Positions 26,301 to 36,277 of a stretch of DNA of 36,277 bases are shown one piece after another. Position numbers and translations under genes: made by a program. The notes below the pieces were generated by a model. That model was not told the origin of the DNA, did no database searches, and saw only the letters and a program-made list of their open reading frames with translations. The DNA is from Paramecium tetraurelia (Eukaryota): contig CT868007.1 of NCBI GenBank assembly GCA_000165425.1, positions 248,001-284,277 on the forward strand, given 5' to 3'. The stretch's first letter is position 1; each line of letters begins with the position of its first letter.

Positions 26301-27285
26301 ATAACCATAAAAATTAGTAAAAAATTGGAACTCAATGACAAGAGAATCGTTTGAGATTTGAGGAAAATCGATTTTGATTTCCCGAAGTTATTGATTGCCA
26401 CAAGTCAAATATAAGTAATACGATTCCTGCATAAAGAACTTTTTGGATTAAATCTGGATGCTCAGCGATGACCATTCTTGATAGGGAATTTCAATCAAAC
26501 TTATTGGAACTTCGTGATTTGGGGCTGTTTTATAATTAGTAATAAAAATACAATTCAGATCCACATATTGATAAACCAATTTGTTGCCATTTAAAATAAA
26601 CTGACACCCTTTTTTTTTATCAGACATTAAGTACATAATTTTAGTTTCAACTTCTGATTTTATTGGTATTGGATAGAGCCAAGTTTATAGGGAAATGCCT
26701 TTACCAAAGAGCCATTTCATTTCTCTAGTGTCTACAACTAGTCCACTGTTGATGTAATTGAAGTAGAATGAGGCATATGGAGATTCATAACGAAATTCTG
26801 CGAAAACTTTCTATAAAATGAAAATCAGTTTGTACTTATAATAGTGATATGAATCTCTAAACTTTTTCATTTGTTAGTTAGGAATTGTACATTTGATTTT
26901 TGATGTAGATAAACATGCCTTTGAAATTCCGCCTTGTCAATGTTATAGATCTCAAAAACCAATTGATGATCCTAAATAATTATTGTGTATGCTGAAAATA
27001 TAGTAAAGGTAATACATGTTCATTTGTCAAACACAATTCCAATAGCAAATCTACAATCTGCTCATTTTAATTGTGTATTAATGTTAATGCTTACAATGGG
27101 GTGCATTGTAATAATTATTTCTCTAAATGATCGTAAAATTGCTATTAATCTTCTAAAGACAGTTAATCGACAGATTGTAATGCCTTTAAAAGGTAATCAG
27201 CTCTTCTAACTATCTTATTTTGTTTATAGTGTTCAATCAGAGCTGGCCTGAATTGATCCTCAAAAATGGCATCAATTAATTACAT
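20343..27285 (-). CDS. Large BEACH-domain protein, neurobeachin/Lvs-like (ConA-like, ARM-like, PH, BEACH, WD40)
   Basis: ATG at 27285 (MQLIDAIFEDQFRPAL). ConA-like KWLFGKGISLQTWLYP. BEACH motifs [72 protein letters not shown]. Stop TGA at 20345-20343. Internal introns were not all traced. Confidence 0.92.
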
Positions 27286-27299
27286 TTTATTAATATATT

Positions 27300-28410
27300 A
27301 TGCACAAAACCTTTCATTTAGTACTCTTCATAGTTTTAACTTTGGGAGCTGAATGGCAAACAGGTTTAGACAATGTGATCAAAAACCAGCCTTAATTAAC
27401 ACTCACAAGCAATTATCCAATCCACACCCAAGTCGAAATCCTATTTGATAAGCAATTCTCAGAGTATGTATCTCTCTCTTAAAAGAGTGCCTGAAGTATT
27501 GCTCATGTTTGAACAAGTAACCTTCGAATCAATGTTGGATGTCGATATTAATCTTTCATTGGGACAAGTGACCAAATCTGGTAGAATATGTACGCTCTCC
27601 TTTTAGGTTTCGAATTAAGGTATCGCTTGGGAGGTCCTTCACGAGTCCAATAACTTAAAGTCCGATGGGTAGCATTTGTGGATAATAAAGTACAACTTAC
27701 CTATCGTGAATTCAATTTCATGCAATTGAGAGAACTTCGTCAAGGTATTCGCTTCCCCCTCCTACATCACTAGGGTCTGGTATAAGAGAAGACGCATTCA
27801 CTCATCCTGTTAACGCCAACATACAATCTCCAAAAGTTAGCGCTTTTCTTGTGGGGTTCAAAATGAATCCAGAAAACGGACCATACGCTCTTTAAATAAA
27901 TTGTGCTCTAGATCCAGAAATGCAAAACGTCAATTTAAATCTCAAAACCAAAGACACTACTCATGTAAGATATGTCAAAGTTGCTTTGATTCTAGTTGGA
28001 ACAGGATCAAAAGCCATAACCAAATAAGGTGGTGTCGACTCAAGAGGTTTCAACTACTTTGAAGTAATTATTCCATTGTTTCCCCAAGGAATAAAGCACC
28101 ACAGGAATCAGAAGAATCGATTACAAATAAACTGTCCCAGATACTTTTTTAACGGCACCTTAAGATAATATTCTAAGTCAAGGACTGAGAGGATTTGAGG
28201 CAAATAGCACAGAAAGTGAACTTATTTCTATGAGCTTGGATAAGTATCATGTATTCGATGATAATTATGAAATGAACTTTGGTCCATGTATGGAGTACTT
28301 TTCTATTAAGAGTGAATGGCACTCTGATCTACAGTCTAGATTTCTCCATCTTGTTGCACGAACCAACCAAAATAGAGAAAATGACAATGAGTCATCTGCG
28401 TAGAAAATGA
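27300..28410 (+). CDS. Secreted protein with tandem H-type lectin-like domains
   Basis: Signal-peptide-like MHKTFHLVLFIVLTLGA. The segment ILFDKQFSEVPEVLLMFEQV..NLSLGQVTKSGFELRY..LKVRWVAF fits the H_lectin pattern, and two weaker repeats follow. Five introns (about 27464, 27581, 27745, 28064, 28288). TGA at 28408-28410. Confidence 0.72.
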
Positions 28411-28604
28411 GTTTAATAAAATAAATAACAGATATTTGGCAAGTTTAAATTGCCTTCCTTTTTTCTTTCCATTATTTTCTTAAATTCATTATATCAGGAT
28501 ATTTTTAAACATAGCTAATTTTGTGGTTTATATATTAATTAAATTTAAATCATTCCTTTTATTTTCTCTTCTACTACTTTTTTGAATTAAATTCGAAGTC
28601 AGAA

Positions 28605-31600
28605 ATGTAGTAGTGGATTCTTCATAAGTTTCTCAAGATTGAGCATAAAGTCTTATATAATTTATATTATTATTTAATATTTTATAATTTATCTCAGTAG
28701 AACAACATGCATACCTTTCGAAAATTTGCAAGAGGCTATATGTAAACAATGCTATATGGAGTTGAAGAAAGACCTAAGTTTAAAGTATCATACAGAATTT
28801 ATCAAATTAGATGGACGGTACATTTTACTTTATTTTGCATCTAATCAATCATTTTCAATATTTGTCTATCATCGTCAATGCAAATTAGAATAAACCTTAT
28901 AGCGACTTTAAATTAGCATATTCACAAAGCTTTTTAGAGTTTTTCATTTTAAATAACACCTTGAAGTCTTCAATGACATCAAATCTGGCATTTGTTCTAA
29001 TAGCGATCTCATTTGCCTCCCAATTGATCCTCATTTTATTTTTGATATTTTCCACATTCATTAGAATATGGACAGCCAACCTTATTAGAAGAGACGTCAC
29101 AGGAAGTGATAACATGAATTCCCAAATTTAGTAATGGGTCATGAGTTTTAATGAAACTCTTCATTGGTTTTTTGTCCTCTATCCTGTAATTTATCTCCAA
29201 ATTGCAGTAATTTCCTTCAGTTCCCTTACCTGCAACTCTGTAAGCATTTTTCCAAAATCAGAATGCGACATAGGAATAGGAACTCAGATACTAGCCATTG
29301 CTCCTTTAGTTATTTCTTACATCAATGGATAGATATTGATCTACATAATGAGGAATCATAGATTTCACGAACCCAATTCCTTAAAAAGAAGATACTCCTC
29401 CTTATTATTAGTAAATAACACAGTAATTCTGATAGAGATTTTTTCACATTATATCTATGATGTAAAATGATATCATTGAATTAATAGTTTGAAATAGCTC
29501 ATATTTTGAAGTACTCAATGGCTAACCTATTTGCCATAAATTAAATTGTAGATCAATTGACAAGCTTCCCTTACAGAGATCCTATCAGAATCCCATCCAT
29601 TAGATTGGCCTTTGTATATGCTTGGATAGTTTTATGTGTCACTGCCTTCAAATTTGGCCTTCTTGCCGAAGAAAATCTCTTTTTCTTCATTGTCTTGCCG
29701 TTGCCAGGATTAGCTATTGTTGGCGAGACTTTATCCTCTTTATTTCAGAATCACGCAATTTTGAATTATAACTCTAGCATTCAGATAGAAGAAAAACACA
29801 TTATTATTGCAGTTGATTAAATTCTATAAATACCACATTGACTATTTAAAAGTATAGATATTAGTAATTGAGTTTAGGACCCTCATGCTCAATTACAATA
29901 TTTTCAGTTTTTAATGATCCATCGCTTGTATTGCAAAAACAGTAAGTGCTACTCCAAAGTCAAACGCTTTTAGACCTTGAATGTGGATTAGAAGAAGGAT
30001 CTTAACATACTCACTCTGAGCATCATCAAATGTATATTTAAGGCAGCCCAGAACTGGCTGTTTTCTATGTACTCTTTATATTAATAAAATAGTCACAATC
30101 TCAATGCAGATTTATAATTCGAGCAGTTGTAATTATAGTATATTAGTTTCGTTTCAGAAATTGCTCAAAAGCCATTACTGGGATATTTGGAATTGAGACA
30201 ATATCAGAACAATAAATTGAATAACAATTCAACGTATTTCGTTGAGATCACTAATAAATTGGCAGATCAATTAAAAAAACAAATCACAGATAATTAGGTG
30301 AGATAAAACTCAAAGGCTGTTTTGGTTCATGAACAAAGAACATAACTAATTGAAATTTCACTAACTCAACAATGGTAAACTCAAAATCTGTATGAAAATT
30401 TATTATAAACATTTATAAAATTGGTAGATGAAAAAATAGAACACTGGTAAAATTTAATAAATGGATATCCTAGTTTGAATCCATTTTAATATAATACATA
30501 AAAATTATGTGAAAAAATCATGAATGTAATGTATGGACATATGATTAGCTTAGAATTTCATTGGATAAATATATAGGCGTACCTTAGGAGTGGTTTGATA
30601 TGAAAACAACCACAACTAAAGGTATTTCTGTAAAAAAACTGAGTCATGCTCAACTAAATATTAATGTAATAACATTAAAATTATATTCGCTGTTTTATTC
30701 CTTAGTAATGAATGATTTCGACAGAGTAATAATGCGATCTAAATTAGTCGGTGTACGTCGAACAGTACGTTAAGGACTTAACATCCAATGATAGATAAAA
30801 AGAAATAGATATAATAGACAACATATCTCTATACAATGATTCCACCACTATTATCTTGGTCAGCATTGTCAAGAACAAAGGAAAGATAGTTAACAAAAAC
30901 CAATTAGCTCTAGCCAATTTCTTTCATTACGTTGATGCAAATGACTTCAAAGAATCAGTCTCATAAGTACATAATCTACTCCCAAAAACTATGATGAAAG
31001 GCCATGAATATCTTATAGATTCCTTCATCTAGAAAGGACATAGTGAATATTTTATTCGAAAGATTTCTGGATATTATGAAAATAAGAAAGGATTTATTGA
31101 GAAATGTTATGTGAAATTAGGGAATTTGTTTGAGGAATTGGATGATTACGTTATTACAGCATCAATACTCAAATGCAATATATCTAATTAAATCATCATG
31201 GTTGATGCAGAAGGAAAAATCATAGGGATCACTGAAGAACTATATAAAACAATTAGCGCAAAGGTTCCTGGATTAAATGTTGAGTTTTTCAAAGAATTCT
31301 GCCATTTCTTTCTTATTTTCCCATCATTCTTGTCTATTTTGAACCAAAATCTTAATAAAATTAGTGAACTAGATCACTAATTTATTGAAGATGAAGAACA
31401 TCTATTCTATATACCTTCAAATCTTATTGAACTCAATTCTTTATTTGTTAGAGAATCTTATGAAAAGATAGGGAACACATTATAAGAAGGATTGGAAAGT
31501 TAAAATCTAAGTTCTTGGAGATCCTGGAAATCTGTATAAAGATCAATGAAAAGCGATCATTCCATTGGGCTTGAAAGAGGCAATACAACAATATTAGGAG

Positions 31601-34576
31601 AGAAGGTTCCAATTGCAGATAAATCTAACATAAATTTTCATTTTCAATTTATGAATTAACACAAAGATCAATTAGAGAAGGTATTCTATTTTCATCTAAA
31701 TTTGTAGTACACAATAATAAGATCCAAAATAAAGATGTCTTATTAGTTGATGAAAGTAAAGAGATATTCCTATCCTTACTTCATTATTGAATTGGAACAT
31801 ATGAATGAGATTAACACTTAGCATAAGTTTTTCAACAGATATCCAACCATGGGATAAAATTTCGAGGCTTGCACAACAATGTTCACTTCTGCCTTAAACC
31901 ATAAATCTTTAAATGAAACAGTACCATCTAGTGCAGAAAAATCAATTTATGATACCAAACCAATTAGTTTTTAACCTGATGCAGTTGTAGTTGAATAATA
32001 AAACAATAAATGGATAAACAAAACTACAAAAGTGAATGATGATAAAATTAAATAATTAATTTAGTAAGATGATAGTAACATCTTATTTGGAAATGATCAT
32101 TCTTAAATTAGATTATTTGATAAACCAAGTGCAATTGATGTTTAGGACGTTTCAGCACCACCCTCAGAAATTTTGTTACCATAAAATCCGTATAGACCAC
32201 ATTTTAGTGGTATACCTATTCAAGTAGATTAGGATAATGATTCTGATGAATTTTTTCAACTTCACAAGTAATTTGATGTAATAATTTATCATGTAATTTT
32301 AGGAAAAATCGTTCAAAGTTGAAGAGAAATAATTTTAAAGAGAAAAATCAAGTGATGATTTTAAAGATAAAGATGAATCATAGTAAGAAATAGAAGATAA
32401 CCTTGAGAGACATTCATCAAACTAAAATATTAATAAAAAAAACTTTATTTAATTATTAGTTGAGAATAAAAAACTGTAATAAGAGTAACTAAACCTCTTT
32501 ATTTTTTTAGGAATTAAAATGATAATGAAGAGGAGGAGAAGAAAAAAAGGTCTATTGCAAGCTCATCAAGAACTAGCACATCAAAGTCTCCTTCCTTACT
32601 TGTTCGCTCCTTGTATTAAGTAAGTACATTTGGAGGAGGAATTAAGTCCGTCATATTTGCCATATTATTGTATCTTGTTTTGCAATTCTGTCTCGTGTTT
32701 GTGAAATTAAGCATCATTCAAAGTAATTTTCATGTATAGTTTAGATAATTATGACATACTTTAAACCAATATTAATTATGTAACTTATCCTGAAACTTTA
32801 AATTTCTATTTCTAAAAAATAGCCTTTTTTGCTTGGATTAGTCTAGAGGAAAGACTTGATTTAATAAAATACAGTGAGTTCATTAAAAAATAACAATTAG
32901 AAGAACTGAAAGCTACTAGAGCAATCATAGATGTAAAATTAAATGAATTGTACTAAGGAATTATATAATTTGAGGAATAAATTATAAATGATGAACTTAA
33001 GCTAGTAAGCATTAATGACTTATCTTTTTCAGAATAATAACTAGATCTTACTTAATTGATTTAACAAATTCAGCTGCATTCGTTTAATTTTATAGATAAT
33101 GCTGAAGAAGGTGTCATATTCTCTGACAGTCTATTCTTTAGATTAAATATTCCATATGTTTACAAATTTGCTTATAAATATATCACCCTGCTAAATGAAA
33201 ATTTGATTTACTATGAAGATAGAATCATCAATGATGTAGTAATTTTGACCATGACTTTTATTTCTGTGAATAGTTGTATTATATTGTATATACTTTATAA
33301 TACATTTTTATTGACCTAATATGAGAGATAGATTTTGATGCTGATTACTAGAGTGTCCCATAAAACAGCTGAGGAAATCATGTCAAAACTAAGTGATGTG
33401 AAAACCATTTTGATTGAGCCTTCATAGCTATTGTGGAAAAGAGTGAATTATTTTGAAGTTAATTATGAGCAAGTCCAATAAAATCAATAGGTAGTAAGCC
33501 TTTTATTTGCAAAATCAGTTAAAACGTAATCGGTTACGAAATCAAATGAGTTATCTGGATAAAAGTCAAAAATAAAATCTAAAAGGTCATTCTAGAGTAA
33601 TTCTTTGGCTTAGAGAATTTATGATTTAACCTTAAGTTACCCTTCAAATCTTATTTTTCTATTTTTTCTATGGTTTCTAGCGATTTTATTTATTATTGGT
33701 GGAATTCTAGTCACAATCAGTCAAGTTTCAGATATTAAGCCAACCCTAAATCTTAATTTATAATTGATTCGCTTTAAACTTAGATTTGACACGCTGATAG
33801 TATTGGGAGAAGGTCTAAAAACTCAATAAGTTATTAGTGATTAATTTAAGGCGAAATTTGACAATTTTAACATCGATATGAATACTTAACTGATATTAGA
33901 TCTATTTAGTGAGTAAACTAATGGATTTTAGGATGCAATGAGAGGCATATATGATTCCCTTGCTAGTTAATCTGGACTCTTAGAATCTCAAAAGAAAGAG
34001 CTACTAATGTATTTTGAGGATAGTCTCTGTAATTATATGAGTGAGGAAATACCATTTTGTACTATAAGGGTATCGAATCAAAATTTTTCTGTTCCTGATT
34101 CCTTTAAAGCAACTTACGGCAATCCATGGCTGGAAGATAATAATTTTGATTACTTGTCTGGAGGTATAACAGGATGTGTGTAAGAGTTTATGAAGACTTT
34201 AAATTTGTATTTCTCAAAAGAAATTTCATCAAAATAGTTGCAAGTGAAAACAATCTCAGAAGCAGTATCGTTTCTAAAAACACAAATTCATATAAATCAA
34301 TTTGTAGAATATTTTCTTGACTCTGGAAAATTGTTGCAAATCATTGGAGACAATTTATTCGAATAAAATTAATCAAAGTTATAATAAGCCACAACGATTA
34401 TGCAATTATACATTTACATCACAGGACTAGGTTTGCTAATTATTCTAAGTTTTATCTCATATTTTTGGTTGAAGTATGTCAGTGCTAGAATGAAGCTTAT
34501 GAGGTTAAGTTTGACGTTAATCCCATATGAAATCCTACTTGAGCCAAAGACAATGAGTTCTTTAAAATAATTATGA
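28605..34576 (+). CDS. Large multi-pass membrane protein with a PAS-like domain (ciliate-expanded TmcB/TmcC-like family); alternative start at 28707
   Basis: N-terminal multi-TM block at about 28.8-29.8 kb. PAS-like ILVSIVKNKGKIVN..LANFFHY..VHNLLPKTMMKGHEYLIDSFIQKG..IIMVDAEGKIIGITE. Ser-rich SIASSSRTS before further TM helices. C-terminus RMKLMRLSLTLIPYEILLEPKTMSSLKQL with TGA at 34574-34576. Several 22-29 nt introns. Confidence 0.82.
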
Positions 34577-35029
34577 TATTTAGTTATTTAGGTTTTCTAA
34601 TTATTCTCTATTTTTGATAATTTATATTATAAAAAGTGTAATTTTTCTATAAATTATACAGGTTTTCAAATCCAAACATATAAGAAAATTATAGTATTTA
34701 TGTGCTTGGAGAAGGGTCAAAAACAAGAGCCAAAAACAATAGTCTAGTATTCGAAAATTAAAACTTGTCTAAGGTTTTAAGATAAAGGATATAACAACAA
34801 GCGAGTATTGCTCAAAAGAAATGAAATGATTTCATTTTTAATAAAGAGATTAAGAGTTTATTATCATAAATTAAGTTTTCTAATTAATAAAAATGAGTTA
34901 ATTAATTTAATGTTTTATCCATATTATAAATTAGTAGTTAATTAATGTAGAGGTTATATGGATGCAATTATAAAATCGTACGCAACTATGTTTTATAATT
35001 TATATAGTGTATATGTGTTTCATAAAAAT

Positions 35030-35317
35030 GATAGATGAGCTTTAGCGCCTTTGTCATAAAGATTGTAAGAAACTTCTTGTTAGTTATGGATTGCTGAATA
35101 CAATTTCTAAAGCTTCTTCGAATCTGTAAATCTTAACTAAAGTCTTAGCTAAAATATCATCCATTGTTTACTTTACCTTTAGAATAAAACAATTTTGAAT
35201 CCTCTGGATTTCTTTATATTGCTAAATCATAATTTTCCAAAGCTTCTTCAAATCTGCACATTTTATCTAGAGTGAAAGCTAAAATATCATCTATTTTTGA
35301 TTATACCTTTACTACCA
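35030..35317 (-). CDS. 3' end of a second TPR-array gene, truncated by the assembly gap; last repeat frameshifted
   Basis: Exon AFTLDKMCRFEEALENYDLAIQENPEDSKLFYSK is flanked by related 28-nt phase-1 introns (GTATAATCAAAAATAGATGATATTTTAG and GTAAAGTAAACAATGGATGATATTTTAG). The next repeat AKTLVKIYRFEEALE continues in another frame as YSAIHNQQEVSYNLYDK. Confidence 0.75.
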
Positions 35318-35467
35318 NNNNNNNNNNNNNNNNNNNNNNNNNNNNNNNNNNNNNNNNNNNNNNNNNNNNNNNNNNNNNNNNNNNNNNNNNNNNNNNNNNN
35401 NNNNNNNNNNNNNNNNNNNNNNNNNNNNNNNNNNNNNNNNNNNNNNNNNNNNNNNNNNNNNNNNNNN
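35318..35467. other. Assembly gap (150 N)
   Basis: Run of N. Confidence 1.
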
Positions 35468-35539
35468 AGCAAAAAATTTAAACTAGTTTGCTTTAAATAT
35501 TTATCATATTAGTAGCCAAGTGCTGTTACAGCTATTGTT

Positions 35540-36277
35540 TTTTAATAATTAAAATTCATATAGATCTTATTAATCTTAATAAAAAATCATCTCCTAAATT
35601 GATTCTTTCATCTAAGGCTGTCAGATGAACTAAAAATTTGAATAAATCAAGGATTATTTTTTTAGCATATTTTTGTGATCAGATCCTATTTAATTTATTG
35701 ATATTTATATAAAGAGTAATTCTGTTGATTAAATTCATGATTATTAATTGTTTTGAGAACATCTGTTATTCTCTTAAAGCTACTCTTTCCATCTTGGAGC
35801 CTTTCTTCCTTATCATATATAAGAATTTTCTACTGATAATATTTCCTATTCGACATGCAATTGATTTAAATTTTATGATACATCTTTAATTTTCTCCCTT
35901 TTGAAAATTTTGATGAGAATAGGTAAGGTTGATATGACCAATTATTTTTGATATTTATTTCCCAGTTAAGATTCCATAAATTAACAAAATTTCCATTGCT
36001 TAAAGCTAATGTCTTATTATTAGGGGAGAAGCTTATTGATATTACATCCCTCTCTACTAAAAATATAGATTTTATTTTTCCTGTTCTTACATCCCATATA
36101 AAAATGCAATGATCTTACTGCAAGAGGCTAATAATTTACAATTAGGAGAAAAGCCAACTAAGCTGACACATTCGATATGTCCATTTAACTTAATTCCCTC
36201 ATTTATCCTTAACTTCCTCCACCTACAATTAAATAGTTTGGCTTAATTTATAGACATTCCACTCCGACGGTAATTGG
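35540..36277 (-). pseudogene. Degraded member of the Paramecium-expanded WD40(/pentapeptide) repeat family
   Basis: KLNGHIECVSLVGFSPNCKLLASCS, DHCIFIWDVRTGKIKS, VISISFSPNNKTLA and NLWNL lie in shifting frames. They are followed by INNHEFNQQNYS..DLFKFLVHLTALDERI, which resembles the region preceding the pentapeptide repeats in this family. Confidence 0.75.

Noticed and set aside
34690..34830. Short frame VLGEGSKTR resembling VLGEGLKTQ at about 33800
   Set aside because: The match is too short and does not extend, so it is likely chance.
35272..35512. ORFs spanning the N run
   Set aside because: Artifacts of the assembly gap.
1..36277. tRNA/rRNA genes, telomeric repeats, transposase or reverse transcriptase
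   Set aside because: No recognisable signatures seen by eye. tRNAscan/Infernal would be needed to exclude small RNAs.

Overview
Very AT-rich eukaryotic DNA from a ciliate macronuclear genome, most likely Paramecium. TAA/TAG encode Gln, TGA is the only stop (code 6), introns are about 22-29 nt GT..AG, and genes are very tightly packed. The supplied ORF track uses the standard code and is largely misleading, so I re-translated by hand. Contents in order: a decayed pseudogene (-), an SF-assemblin gene (+), a TPR gene of about 44 repeats (+), a stretch of gene relics (8.7-12.5 kb), a Rim15/Greatwall/IRE-type AGC kinase (+), two convergent BEACH-WD40 genes, a secreted H-type-lectin-like gene (+), a large PAS-domain membrane protein of the TmcB-like type (+), a second TPR gene cut by a 150-N gap (-), and a WD40 pseudogene (-). 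The most striking feature is the TPR gene. Each 34-aa repeat unit is a symmetric 102-nt phase-1 exon. 32 intron+exon units of 129 bp are homogenized and shuffled. Their variation is concentrated at TPR ligand-groove positions, and each of these introns carries an in-frame TGA. This suggests a candidate modular variable-recognition receptor.
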